Of a DNA stretch of 64,000 nt, positions 1 to 14,451 are shown in pieces. A program made the translations under genes and the position numbers. The notes below the pieces were generated by a model. That model saw only the letters and a list, made by a program, of their open reading frames with translations. It had not been told where the DNA came from and searched no databases. The stretch's first letter is position 1, and the number at the start of each line of letters is the position of its first letter. The stretch is from Rhizophagus irregularis (Eukaryota). The stretch spans positions 1,798,001 to 1,862,000 of the forward strand of contig NC_089434.1 in assembly GCF_026210795.1 (NCBI RefSeq), written 5' to 3'.

Positions 1-1548
1 CTTCTTGTCCTTCTATAAACATTTAAATTAAAAAAAGAAATTAGTAATGTCATATCTTATAATCAATAAACAAAAAAATCTTATAAACAATACCTTCTGT
101 TGCATTCTTTGGTTCAGGTAAATTTTCAAATTGATGAATTTTGCTTGTAAATAATCTGCTACTACTTGTATAATTTGTACTAGTTTTTGTTTCAAAATTA
201 CTTTTTGCTTTTGATTGAAATAATTCATTTGGCATATTTTGATATGATAGATGAATTTCTCTCATTTTTCTCCGAAGAGATAAAGCATCAGGTCTTTTTA
301 ATGAATCAGCATCCCAACATTGTACCATTAAATTTTTATAATCTAAAGGAATATTTAACATAATTTCTGGTCTCATACCATTAATTATATCCATTGCAAG
401 ATTATAATCATCATGATTATAATTAATAAATGGTGGTTGTCCAGATAAAATTTCCCACATAAGTATTGCAACACTATAAATATCAGATTTAAAAGTATAT
501 CCTTTTCCATTAATAACTTCTGGTGCTATATAGGGAAGATTTCCATATATACTTTTTGATGATTTATCAGCAGGTCCACAAAATCCAAGATCACTAATAA
601 ACCATCCATCATTAAATTGTGAATATAATATATTTCCAGAGTGCAAATCTCTATGAATTGCCTTCTCTTTATGAATCCAATATAGTGCATTAGTAATTTC
701 AAAAGTAATTCTAATTCTTTCTTTCCATGTGAGTCGTTCATTATTTTGTTGTAAATATTTTCTTAAATCCATATCCAATTTCATCATTACAAGCATATAA
801 TTCCCATTTGATGGATTTTGTGTCATTCCATAACATCGAACAATGTCTGGCCATTTATTATTTATAGTTAAATGTGATTTAGCCTGTAAATATAAAAACT
901 TTTATTGTAAAACAAAAAATTGGCTAATTTTATAAATACATTTAGAATACAAACCTCTTCAAACCAACTTTGATTTGCACTTTCAACATTTTCTAATTTT
1001 TTGAGTACTACTTCATGACCTCCCATTCTTTTTAATTGTTGTTTTTTAGAATCCCATTCTTCATAACATCCATTAACCCAATCTGCAGTATAAATTTCGG
1101 AGAATCCTCCTTTTGTAAGATATTTAATATTTTCTAAATTACTATATGAAATCCATTCAATTATCACATTTGGTCTAGTTGTTTCCAATTGACATTGCTG
1201 TATTAAATTATCAATATCATCATTTCCAGATGTCCAATGTGAAAATTTTCCTTTTAAATAATTTCGAATACAATATTCACAATATAATGTAGCTAAACAT
1301 TCTTGATTGCAATTTTCACAAATTCTTTTTGTTCCCGTATTTTGAAGAATTTTATCTCGGTCGTAAGATTTAGTTATATATTTTATTGCAAAAGTTTTTT
1401 CATCATCTGTAAGAAGTTTATCAGCAGCAAGAATTGTTTGTTTTTCAAATTCATGTTGTTTGTGAATATCAGTGTGAATATTATAATCAATTAACGAATA
1501 TGCTCTATTAACTGTTGCATAAACTAATTCATATCGAATGGTAGACAT
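1..1548 (-). CDS. Tyrosine-kinase-like protein kinase, copy 1 (N-terminal CxxC..CxxC motif; 3' exons run off the window)
   Basis: Exons 1548-955 and 883-94 plus a 12-nt microexon at 12-1, with GT-AG introns. Motifs KGGFSEIY, VVLKKL, HRDLHSGNIL, SDLGFC, GNLPYIAPEV. Confidence 0.92.
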
Positions 1549-4500
1549 AATGCAATTTAATTACAAAAGTTTAAAAAGAAAAATTTTTTTATTGATTTAA
1601 AAAAAAAAATAAGTATATGAACTGGGAAAAGAATTTTTGGACAACGAAATTTAAGTTTCAAAAGATTCCCGAATAGTGTAACCATAAATTCGAATTTTTA
1701 GTATGATCAGCAGAATAATGTCATGTGACAATTACACAATTAAAGTTCAAAGATAAACAAAATAATATATTTTTAGATATGCTTGTTGATCATCCCTATA
1801 AATAATTATTTTTTTTTAAAAAAAAAACTAAAAATAGAAGATAGCGTGATGAAAAATTTAAAAATAACATTGACAGTAGTGGTGATAGTGATACATGAAT
1901 TTTTTTTTTTATACATGGAAAAATTTCTTGTAAAAAAAAGCTTTAAAATTAGTAAATAAAATAAAAATAAATTATATTATATGAAGCAGAATAAATGAAT
2001 ACTTTCGTATTATTTGAGATTATAATATTTCTACATTACTATCAAGTTTTATTGAAATTCTCACTCTATAATGAGTTAAGAAAAGTATCAAACAAAATAA
2101 ATTAAGAACCTCATACTGACCTTTTTGAGTAAAATCAAGTCTTATTGTAAAATATACAAACATTATAACATTAAACTCAATTTCTTATAAGCCTGATTTT
2201 TATAAACAACTTAGCTTGTTTTAAACCAAAACTATATTGAACTTATTAATAAATTAATATTTTTCGTTTCATTATAAATTGCAATTCTTTTTTTTATAAT
2301 TCATACATAATTACTAGGAAACAGAAACTGTTGGAGCATCCGAAGCATTATAATCATGATCAATTATTACTTATCACAAAAAATTGAAATTGTCCACAAA
2401 AAATATGTATTGTTAAAGTTAAAAATAATGTATTGCTAAAAAATGTATAGTTAAAAGATGCAGTTATAAATAAAAATATTTATTACTACCACTTTAAAAA
2501 GCCAATGATATTTATTATTATAATTTATAATTCGTTGCAAAAATTAATATGTAACATTTATATTTTGTTTCTACACAAGCGTTACGTCTGATTCTAAAAT
2601 CCCATTGGCCATAGCATAATTTGTTGTTTTTGTTACTACGTTATTACTGTAATCGTTTCATAAATTTTTATTGGCCATACACTAGCGTGACGGACAGACA
2701 TTGCATGAGTAGAATGGAAAGTCCTTCGCTAACGCTTTGGATAATAAACTCAGAAACAGGAAATCGTATACTAGTACGACAGTATAAGCACATTTCATAT
2801 GATTGCATTTCATTTATAATGATTTAATAGTAAATTGTTCATTAACTCGTTAACTAATTCATTTATTTTTGCATGACAGGCATTCTACGATTTCTGTAAA
2901 ATTAAACTTAAACGCTTGTCAGCGACTGGTTTGATCAGGTTTAAATCAAATTTACTGTCAAGATAATTATTTATAAAATAATAATAAAATGAAACAATCT
3001 TTATTACAAATATTTAATGACTCTACGTTCATCTACCAATTATATCATTTGGCAATAAACTAGGATAACGGAAGGCGTCATTAAGTCCGAAGTAGTGATT
3101 AAATTACGGAATCTGTCATCTAAGGAACATAGGTTCAGTTTCTAGGATGAGCGGAATTATTGGGAATTACACGGACATCTGGACATGACGTCATCAAGCG
3201 TAGAAGTATATAGTCCTTCGTTACGCTTCAGACTAACAAGGTGTTACTATAAAAAATTAATTGTAATTTAAAATGATACATTTGATTTATGAAAATATTT
3301 TATGCTCTTAGTTATTTAAATAACAAAAAAAAAGAAAGTTTAGTTTATCATTACAGGATTTAAGTTCTACAATTCAAATTTTTCAACCTCTCTTTAAAAA
3401 AGAGAAGAAATCAAAAATTTTTAAATGGTTGAACTCATGATTGTAGTGATAAATATTTTCTGTCTCGATGTTATTTTATTTTATTTAGCTTTAATATTCA
3501 CATTAGTGTTTATTTTTTTTTATTTAAATTCAATTTAAAATATATTATAGGAAAACGTATTAAAAAATAATATTTTATATGATTTTTTATTAGACTTCTC
3601 ATTATTTAGAAGAAAAATAATTTAATAGGAATTGGAATCCATGTTATTTTTAGAACTTAAATTCGCGTTTTGTTTTCATATAAATCAATTATAATCTCCA
3701 TACAAAATAATGAATTTATAATAAATATGATATCTATTTTTAGATTAATTTATTTCCTAAATTAGGGCTAACACTTTTTTTTTAGACGTTATTTTAAAAA
3801 TCACTTCTTTCGATAGCTGAAATAGAGCGATGAAACTCAAGATGAAAGCAAAACTACGAGTTATTAAATATTCATGTTGTTAATTTCATTGTTGCTGATG
3901 AATTTATGAAATTCATTTGATTTACTATTAAGTTTTTATAAATAAATACGTAAAGCAAGTTTAAATATAAAAGGATGGTAAAGCAAAGTACCATCTATAT
4001 TAATTTTAAAAAAAATTGTCATGCTTAGATTACTCTGTATAAATAATTTAATTTGATTGGCCTTAAGAATGTACACATGACTGCGGTAGCCAATCTTTTT
4101 CCGGTTAATTAAATTTTAATCGGATTTTTTTTTTCATTCTGATAATACTAAAAAAAAAAGTATACTTTTTCTTATTAATTGTATTTCGTTTGCGATCATT
4201 TCCCATCAGATCGATACTGTGGTGTTACGGCTTTTCGATTTTTTTGTTTAGTTGATATTGTTTCCCGATTAATAAGTTTGTACGGAATTTTTTTTTTTTT
4301 GTAAAAATTTTTTTTTAGTGGAAACTTTTTTTTGATTAGTGAGATTTTTTTGGTCAATGATATTGTTTCCTGACTAATAAGATCACACGAAAATTTTCTT
4401 TTAATGTTTTTTAGTGAATTTTTTTAGTAAGATTTTGCTTTTAATTATATAGATTGCATAATAATATTATGATTTTGTAATTGAAGCAATTGAAGCTATA

Positions 4501-5199
4501 ATAAATTTTTTAATAAATAAAAAATAAATATAAATAAGAGATACTTTCATGACATTTCAAATATTTGTTTATTAATATAATACATACTTCATATCAGTGT
4601 ATCAAGGTACTCATAATATGTGATACAAAACAATCAAATACCAAAAAATATTTAACATATCAATAATCGTATTTAATACGTTATTAAACGTTTATTATAT
4701 AATTATGTATGAATCAAGTGATTTTATTTCTTTTTTTTTTGTATGAGAAATTATAACTAAATAAAGTTTTATTTTACAATATTTCATTCAAAAAAAAAAA
4801 TGTATATGGTATACAGATTATAAAAAATTATTCTGTAACCCTGATTCATCTTCTATGTTGAAATGTTTAAGATACTTCCACTAGTTGATCATGTGCTATC
4901 TTAACTAAACCAAAAATAATAGAAGTCGACGCAATCATTATGCATTTTATCTTTCAATAAAGTACTTCAAAATTTTTAAACGAACTTTTCTATAGTATTT
5001 ATAATAAATTCTTAAAATTCTATGAATAAATTTGAAAATACTTTCTGTATCACTAACAGAAAGTTCTATCATTTTTCTAAACTCTTAATAAAGGTATCAT
5101 ATAAATATAAATAAAAGACGTTCAAACTTTCTAAATTCATTATCGTTATCAATACCTGTTTATAACATATTATAACATACAAGTAATAATTAATATAAT

Positions 5200-6245
5200 A
5201 AAATGGAACTTGTAGATATAAATGATGAAAATTCTTTTGATTCAGCAACAAAATTAAATCTAGTCCTATACTTATTAAATTTATTTCTGTTAATAGTGAA
5301 GATAAAAATTGTATTTATTGTGGAAAAAGAATATATCAAGACGCTTTTCGTTAAAACACAAAAATATTGTAAAAAATGTTTTATTACTCTATATATATTT
5401 GTTTACTAAATGGATTTGGAATGTAATAAACATGAAATAAAGAAGGAGAAAATAATACGAAATATTTCAAAAGTTCTGTAGAAATGTATCAGACTATTAT
5501 CAGACTGTCAAAATATTGTAAGAAATGTCTTAAACTTTATACAAATATTATTTTTGGACTTAGAGGTCAATCTCAATGTAAAAAAATGTAAAAAAATATT
5601 ACTTATTATAAACAACAATGAAGATAATGATTTAGTAGACGCCTTTAATGATAACTTAAATTTAGATGATACTGTAAATCTTACGAATTCTATAAGCGTT
5701 ATGCAATATTCTTAACCATCACACGGATATATTAAGAATATGGTGTTATATATAAAGCAACTTGGTTAAGAAATAATGAAACTGTCATATTAAAAAGATT
5801 TGAAATTCCAAAAATATTGGTCAATGAGGTAAATACTTTAGATACTTTTCTGAACTGAATAATTTCTTAATAAATAAATTTAATACTTAAATTAATTTAA
5901 ACTTAAATTTAATAGTTAAAATCATTACAACAAATGTTTTACTGAAAAATATTATAGTCGTCAGAAGGAGATTTACAAAATAATTTTACAAAAATTAATT
6001 GGAATGAAAAATTATTTATTTTACGACAAATTTCAAAGAGGTATTTATATTTTGAGTAAATATTCAAATTTGATTATTAATCATTTTAGTGACATAAATA
6101 ATGATCGAAATCATCAATGAACTTAGATACAAATAACATTTCGAATAATGAAATATATGGAGTAATACCTAAATTCTTGATGGAGAACAACCTAAAATTA
6201 CACCAGAATGTTACGCTAATTTAATGAAAAGTCGTTGATATTGCG
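5200..6245 (+). pseudogene. Heavily degraded protein kinase relic of a different subfamily
   Basis: Broken frames give Cys-pair repeats (KYCKKC), ETVILKRFE, IYGVIP and KILDGEQPKITPECYANLMK, with many stops and indels. Confidence 0.6.
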
Positions 6246-7679
6246 GGAACTTAAAACCTTTTGCTAATTTTGAACATGACATTATCTAACACCAATATAA
6301 AAAGTACCGTGCGATCTCGATCGGATTCTTCAGTCTACCTCTTTCCAAAAGCGGCAACGTTTGGATCAAACATTTGGTTCTAGATAATACCAAAAAAATA
6401 CAATAGATGAGTCAGATCTTCCATGACGAACTAGAAGGTCATCAACAGGATATCTAGAAGGTGTCCTGCATAGTCATGGCTGATACGTTAGCAAGAACAT
6501 CTAAAAGGTGCCTTTTAATTTCATTTCACCACAACGATCTAGAAGGTCATCAACAAAGCTTCTGGAAGGTGCCCTGCATAGTCATGGCGCGCAAAGCAAC
6601 TTGCTAGCCTGTTTCACTTCAAAATTAAAACAGCTCTTTTTGTTATTTGTAATTTTTTCCAGACTTTTTTTTAAGCCAGGTATTCTCTTCATGAAAAATA
6701 TTATTAAAATCACCTTGTTGTTTTCAAAATTCATAATATCTGGGAATGGACCAATAATTATGTGGCGTGTTGAATATGTGAGATTTGTAGTTATGGGACC
6801 CATACTTTCAAGTAGTTTAACGTGACAAAATTTTCACGCGATCCAAGCCACGCAAAAAATAATTTCTGACCATCACATGATATTAATCATGTGAGTCACA
6901 TGATTCTGATCGTTACTCAAAAAATTTTTTGATGCAAGTGAACGAAGCTTTATCAATGATTTTTCAGAATCAGAAAATGATAGAGATAACAAGAGAAACA
7001 AATGATGCTATCAAAGTGGGGAGTACGCGGATTCTAGGCCATTTAATGCAAGTCCCAGGCTCCCAGCATCATATTATTTCTTTGCTCTCTTACTTTTTAG
7101 AAAAATATCTATAGCTAATTCGTTTTTATTTCTAACTATGTAACTCTCACTTCTACACTTCCACACTCTTTTACTACACCAGATTTCTGAAATAAATTAT
7201 TGATAGATAAAATTCTGTAAATATAGGATATACAATAAAAACATTAAGTTCCGCACGAGAACTTTCTCGAGATCAAGGACCTATAACATAAATTCGGGAG
7301 TGAGGTAAAAAACCAAGCATTATTTCCGATTCATACTCAAAACTACGATTCATTTTTACAAAATTTCAACATCAATGTAGACAAACCAATGCGTTGATTA
7401 CTGATAAATGTGTTGTCTTCGTAAAACCACACCAATCTGTATTAGCATAAAACAATACAAAGTTTCACATGCACGTAATTCTATGTGCAAGCGTTTGAAA
7501 TAAAGTTTACCCATTTCGGTATTTTAAAATATTAATCGATCTAAATAGAATTGTTTACAACTTTTGTTTAAATTTGTGTTAGTTATTAATCTCAAATAAA
7601 TAAGAACATCCTTCTTGATTTACATTTATCGTTAACTTATTATTTAATATAATTTTTATTTAGACATACAAAATATTCA

Positions 7680-7950
7680 TAAAAAAATAGGAACAATGCA
7701 ACAAGTGAAAGTATCATTTAATGTAAGTAAAATTTTTACTACAAATTTTTAATTTTGCAATGTTTAAATTAAATATTTTTGTCCTTTTAAAGATAATAAT
7801 TTAATCCAAATCTTCATTCAGAAGATCAAGATAAATTTGAGATTCCAGATGGTTAGTTTCTTAAATATAAATAGTAGAAATTAGCAAATTAAAAATATTA
7901 TTTATACAATATTAATATTATTTATATATATTTTTTAGATGATTTTAAAA
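7680..7950 (+). pseudogene. Orphan 3' exons of the kinase family
   Basis: 7805-7856 encodes NLHSEDQDKFEIPD followed by gttag, matching the penultimate exon of the intact copies (e.g. 32473-32546). Confidence 0.7.
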
Positions 7951-10183
7951 TCATAATCATAAACAAGCAATATTAAAAGTTCCTTAGTTTGTGATTTAAA
8001 TAATTTAAAATATATATTATAGTTACCAAATAAATTTAAAATCAATATTTTTTACTTGTAAAATAATCTACATGTTAAAAAACTAATTTTATTAAAAACA
8101 TGAAAATTTTGTTTCACCGCATGATTTATGAAAAACTTTTTATTAATAATCTTGATAAAAGGTAATGACGTAACGGAAACTTAATTTCAGACAAACTAAG
8201 ACAAGCTTTTAAGTACCAAATATTAAATCAAATTGTGTTAATTTAAATCTGCTTACAAGTATTATAAATTCTGATTTTATACTGTGATAAACAAGCTTGG
8301 GCTAACGAAGTATGTTTGAACTTTGGAATATATTCAATTAGGAAGCTTGATTATTAAACTTTAAAAAGATATTTTCAGACGGTACACAATAAAGTTGACT
8401 AAATATCGTTAATTCGTTATTATTCAAATGCTGAATTTAAGCTCAAGTTATTATTTAGAGTTGAAAATTTTTTATTATTTTTGTATACATGAATTCCAAT
8501 AACGAATAATAATTCATTTTGTTAAAAAATGTTCGTTTCCTTTTAGTAAGTTAGAATAAATTGTAATATAACAAATTTAAAATTATATTATCGATCGGTG
8601 TTTTGAATTAAAAATATTCATCATTTTTTAACTGAGCATTAGTTAGTGTCATATAAAAATCTAACATAGATTACTTGAAATTTTTTTTTAATATCGATTA
8701 TTATTGTTGAAACAATTTAGGAAAAAATTTAAGATCTAACGTAAAAATGAAATTTCATACTTTACTAACTCATTATATCTTCGGTTGTTTTTGAAAGAAA
8801 TTTTAAAAAAATATATAAACTCACTAATTAATTATCCCACATTTATGGTAATAAACTTAGCGTAAAAGTATTAGATAAATAAAATTTATTTATCCGATGT
8901 ACTAAAAAGAATTTATGATCCAGTCACAAGTTTATTTCCGGTAATAAGATAGGTTGTTGAATTTTTTTATATTAGTTTTTACCAATATTTTTGTGATCAA
9001 GAATTTCCGAATAAAGAGTTCCAGGTCACTTTCTATCTGCACCGTAACAACTTTCATATTATTTTCATGTGATGCCTTGGCTGGGAGTGACTTGGATTAA
9101 AACTGAATAAATATCCGTGTCTTGTTTATTTTGAATCGTTAACCTAATATAAAGTATATAATTAAATATATGAATTTTCTAAGGGTTTTTCATTATTTAA
9201 CACCGACCGCTAAAACGGGGAATGGGAGCACCAATTCCGATTTTGCATGGCAGGACTGCCAGGTTACAACAAGACAGAAGATTAGGAACTTTGCAAAGTT
9301 GATCAGGACATCTACCACGACAAAACTTAGCACGACACTTTGCAATAAGAGAGACGCTATATTTCTTAGCAAGAGAGATAAGAATAGCAGGCAAAAACTT
9401 TGGTTTCAACATCTTTTACATCATTCCCTTAACGTTTTACCAAATGATCGTCAAGTGCTAAAGTAACAGCAGTAAAAATAATCAAGATGAAGAAAAGGTA
9501 AAAACTTGAATTTCATTTTGATTTTTCTGTTAACTTTTTTAATGCGGCTGCATAAATTGGTGGTAATTCTTCTAAAACCTTATTGCTTAAATCCACAAAT
9601 AGTAATACTCCCTTTGTTTTATCAATTGAATTTGAAATATCAAGATAAAAAATTCACCTGAAATATGATCACGAATGTCATACCACCAAAATATACTAGA
9701 ATATAATTGGTATTTAAACGCGCGCAGACAGACAAGAATCCAGAATGGAGTATATCTAATCATTTGTATAAGATGTCATTTTGTACTTATAAATATTAAT
9801 TTCCCGAAATTGAATATAAAAATACTACATATGGTTGACCAAATTACGAATTAATTTTATATGTTTTAATTAAATACTTTTTATCCTTTGATGAAACATA
9901 CTAGAAAACGGAAACCATTATCATTCCTGAATCGCAGTTATCATTGCACATCATCACGTGTCACTAATAATTAGGTAATGATCACATAATCATCAATGTT
10001 GATTCTAAAATTTCATTGAATATACACACGGCGACCACGGCGTGACAGTACAGTATTTGAAAGTTTCAAGTACCGAGTTGAAAGAAAATCTTGCTAAATA
10101 AAATCATGTATCAAAAAATTTGATTGGTGTTTACACACGTGCGGGCAGACAGATAGAAAATCTGGTTTAGAGGGTATCTGAAG

Positions 10184-10516
10184 TAGAGGTCTGCATCGAC
10201 CACTATTTTACAACCCGTCCCAGCCCGCACTTGGAAATTAACATAAAATGCCCGGCCCGACCCGGACCCGGACTTTTATTATATCATTTTGTTGTAAAAA
10301 CAAAAAAATCGGCCAACTTAATTTTGGCCAGTTTAATTTCGGCTGGAATTAAGACGATTTTGGCCAGAATTATGAAAATCCGGTTTAACGAAAATTCATG
10401 TGCCGGCCCGGATCCGGCCCGGGTGAATTTTGAATAAAGTTTGCCAGCCCAAACCCGGATCCAGGTCCGGGCCGGGTTAGGGTTTCTGGGTTCCGGGTCC
10501 CGTTTGAAGACCTCTA
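10184..10516. mobile_element. hAT-superfamily MITE (333 bp)
   Basis: TIR TAGAGGTCT...AGACCTCTA. Perfect 8-bp TSD ATCTGAAG at 10176-10183 and 10517-10524. Subterminal GC-rich ACCCGG/GCCCGG repeats. Confidence 0.9.
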
Positions 10517-11195
10517 ATCTGAAGTGTCCAACGCTTACGCTTCAGACAATAATCCAAACCCTCGATCAAGATGAATTCATAGATTCCTGATGGTTAGTTT
10601 CTTAATATTTTTTTTTATCATTGTTCAAATAATATTATAATTATCAATTTAAACATTTCAGGTTATTTAACATTCATATGTAGATTTTTTATGTTAGGAT
10701 GAGACTTTAATATTCATACTACTTTGCCTTTAAGGAACAATAGCATGAAATTATTAGTTTAAAATTTATAAAAGTAACAACTGATAATATATTGCAAATA
10801 TCATATAACTTAAATCAAAAAATCCCTTAACTTACAATAAAGAAACAAACATTCTTTTGGCAAAAAAAAAGAGAATTCAAATAATTGTGATATTAAAGTT
10901 CATGTGTGACTCAAATAATAATAAATTATAACTCCAATAATAACTTGATGCTTCAACACAACATTTGAATAATAACGTCAACAGTAGTATGATTACTTCA
11001 AGTTTTGTTTAGTAAAATAAATTGGGATTTATAATAAGCTCGTTTGAATAACTACATAATATATCCATGCTTAACTCATATATCAAACTCAATTGCTTGG
11101 AAAATCTATTAGTGTGGTATTTTTACTCCAAAAATAAATTTTAGTCACATCAGATTACTGATAAAAAAAAATAATTTCGTAATCAATGTGATAAG

Positions 11196-11758
11196 TAGGG
11201 TTGGATTAGTCCGGTCCGGTCCGGTCCCAAAAAGACCGGTCTTTCAACCTGGACCGGACTGGACCGGGACCGGACCAATTTAAACTTAAGAAATTTGTCC
11301 CTATGATTTTAAGCTTCTAAATTACGCAACGTTTTTTATTAAACAGTTAATAAACGTTGCGAAACGTTTTTTAACATGTAATTTAACAAATGAAAAAACG
11401 TTTCGCAACGTTTTTTATTAAAACAGTTAAAGAGCGTTGCGAAACGTTTTTTAACATGCAATTTAACAATAAAAAACGTTTCGCAACGTTTTTTTATTAA
11501 AACAGTCAAAAAACATTGCGAAACGTTTTTTGACATATAATTTAACAAATAAAAAACGTTTCGCAACGTTTTTTTAATTATTTTAACAAAAAACGTTGCG
11601 AAAACGTTTTTTATTAAGTAATTTAATAAAATAAAACGATTTCTCACGTTTTTTAATTAATTTAATGAGTCATTTTTATTGGATATTAATCATATAGATC
11701 GGTCCCCGGTCCCAAGACCGACGCAGGACCGGTCTTTGCTAGGACCGATCCAACCCTA
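11196..11758. mobile_element. hAT-superfamily MITE (563 bp)
   Basis: TIR TAGGGTTGGAT...ATCCAACCCTA. Perfect 8-bp TSD GTGATAAG at 11188-11195 and 11759-11766. GGACC/GGTCC subterminal repeats and an internal array of AAACGTTGCGAAACGTTT units. Confidence 0.92.
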
Positions 11759-12053
11759 GTGATAAGGTAAAATAAAAAGCAGTAAAGTTTCGATAGCACG
11801 TCCATAAAATTTCATGTTTTAAAAAAATGTCGATCGACATTTCCTGTTATTTGCACATTATTAAAAGTTTCGATTATTAATTATTTTTTTTTCTCTGTGT
11901 TTTTAATTTAACAAGTAAAAAACTAGTGATTTTAAATTTATTAATAGAAAAATTATTTAAATTACAAACTAAGGATGCAAAAATATTTTGCTACTCTAGC
12001 CTTAGTGTTTAAATAATTCAAAATAAAATATTCAATATTGTTTGTTTATAATT

Positions 12054-14355
12054 TTAAAATCCATCTAAAAAAAAAATGCATATAAATAAACAACAATTAG
12101 TAATTAAAATATTATTATTTATAAAATATTAATATTAAGAAACTAACCATCAGGAATCTCAAATTCATCTTGTTCTTCCGAATGAAGGTTTGGATTATTA
12201 TGTATTTCATCATCATCTATAAAAATATAAAAAAGTACTTATTTAATTAAAATATTGCAAAATTAAAAATTTATAACAAATATTCTACTTACCAATACAA
12301 GGTCCTTTCACATGTTGTATTGTTTCTTTTTTATAATTATAATTATTTTGAATTTCTATATTTTTTAAATAAAACAAATAAAATTTTATTGAATAAATAT
12401 TGCTTAAACAAGAAATTAAGATTTAAATTTATTTTACATACCATTCTTGGAATTTATTTTTAACGTTTTAAATATTTTAGACAAACTTTTACTGCTGGCT
12501 ATAATTGAGATAAATTTGTATATTATTTCAAAAATTTTGAATATATAAATAAATTACTACCTTTAAAAATACTATTCATTTTTGATGTTTTATTAATCTT
12601 CTGATCGTTTGAATTATTAAAATCTTCAACTAAAAAACGAAAATCTGTTTAATAAATAATTCATCAAATGAAATTTTAATAAATACTTACTATTATCAGG
12701 AATACTAAAGTCATATGTTTTACTATGAAATGCTATTTCAAAATGGTTAAAAAATTATTATAATAGTTAAAAAATAGTAATAAAAAATATTAACCTTCTT
12801 GTCCTTTTATAAACATTAAATTAAAAAAGAAATTAGTAATGTCATATCTTAATCAATAAACAAAAAAATTTTATAAACAATACCTTCTATTGCATTCTTT
12901 GGTTCAGGTAAATTTTCAAATTGATGAATTTTGCTTGTAAATAATCTGCTACTACTCATATAATTTGTATTAGTTTTTGTTTCAAAATTACTTTTTGCTT
13001 TTGATTGAAATAATTCATTTGGCATATTTTGATATGATAAATGAATTTCTCCTATTTTATTCAGAAGGGATTCAATATCAAGTCTTTTTAATGGATCAGC
13101 ATCCCAACATTGTACCATTAAACTTTTATATTCTAAAGGAATATCTGACATAATTTTTGGTCTCATACCATTAATTATATCCATTGCAAGATTATAATCA
13201 TCATGCTTATAATCAATAAATGGTGAATATCCAGATGAAATTTCCCACATAAGTATTGCAACACTATAAATATCAGATTTAAAAGTATATCCTTTTCCAT
13301 TAATAACTTCTGGTGCTATATAGGGAAGATTTCCATATATACTTTTTGACGATTTATCAGCAGGTCCACAAAATCCAAGATCACTAATATACCATCTATC
13401 ATTAAATTGTGAAAATAATATATTTCCAGAGTGCAAATCTCTATGAATTGCCTTCTCATCATGAATCCAATATAGTGCATTAGTTATTTCAAAAGTAATT
13501 TTAATTCTTTCTTTCCATGTAAGTCGTTCATTATTTTGTTGTAAATATTTTCTTAAATCCATATCCATTTTCATCATTACAAGCATATAATTCCCATTTG
13601 ATGGAGTTTGTGTCATTCCATAACATCGGACAATTTCTGTACATTCATTATTCATAGTTAAATGTGATTTAGCCTGTAAATATAAAATTTTTTATTGTAA
13701 AACAAACAAATGGCTAATTTATGAATACATTTAGAATACAAACCTCTTCAAACCAACTTTGATTTGCACTTTCAACATTTTCTAATTTTTTGAGTACTAC
13801 ACCTGCTACAAAGTTTTGTGTTCCAGGTCTTTCAATTTTTTTCAATAGTTGTTTTTTAGAATCCCATTCATCATAATTTCCACCAATCCAATCTGCAGTA
13901 TAAATTTCGGAGAATCCACCTTTTGTAAGATATTTAATATTTTTTAAATTATTATATGGAATCCATTCAACTATTGTATTTGGCATAAGTGATTCCATTT
14001 GACATTTCTGTATTAAATTATCAATATTATCATTTCCAGATGTCCAATGTGAAAATTCTTCTTTTAAATAATTACGAATACAATATTCACAATATAATGT
14101 AGCTAAGCATTTTTGATTGCAATTTTCACAAATTCTTTTTGTTCCTGTATTTTGAAGAATTTTATCTCGGTCGTAAGCTTTAGTTATATGTTTTATTGCT
14201 TCATCTTTTTCATCATCTGTAAGAAGTTTATCAGCAAGAATTGTTTGTTTTTGAAATTCATGTCGTTTGTGAGTATCAGTGTGAATATTATAATTAATTA
14301 ACGAATATGCTCTTTGAACTGTTGCACTAACTAATTCATATCGAATGGTAGACAT
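12054..14355 (-). CDS. Tyrosine-kinase-like protein kinase, copy 2 (complete, multi-exon)
   Basis: ATG at 14355; exons 14355-13744 and 13673 onward, then short 3' exons ending ...EFEIPDDGF-TAA at 12056-12054. All catalytic motifs are present. Confidence 0.9.
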
Positions 14356-14451
14356 AATGCAATTTAATTAAAAAAGTTTAAAAAGAAAATTTTTATTGGT
14401 ATTAAAAAAAAAAAATAAGTAAATGAACTGGGAAAGGAATTTTTGACGTGT

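Noticed and set aside
526..1494. Short alternative-frame and antisense ORFs repeated in the kinase copies
   Set aside because: They are shadows of the conserved kinase coding sequence.
6240..6900. Higher-GC patch with a duplicated ~50-bp unit (TAGAAGGTCATCAACA...CATAGTCATGGC at about 6432 and 6540)
   Set aside because: No termini, TSD or recognisable protein motif were found; probably an old repeat fragment.
10231..10437. 68-aa ORF
   Set aside because: It lies wholly inside the non-coding hAT MITE.
11339..11647. 102-aa repetitive ORF, or a CRISPR-like array
   Set aside because: It is the internal repeat of a TSD-flanked hAT MITE. The units alternate in orientation, the spacers are similar to each other, there are no cas genes, and the host is eukaryotic.
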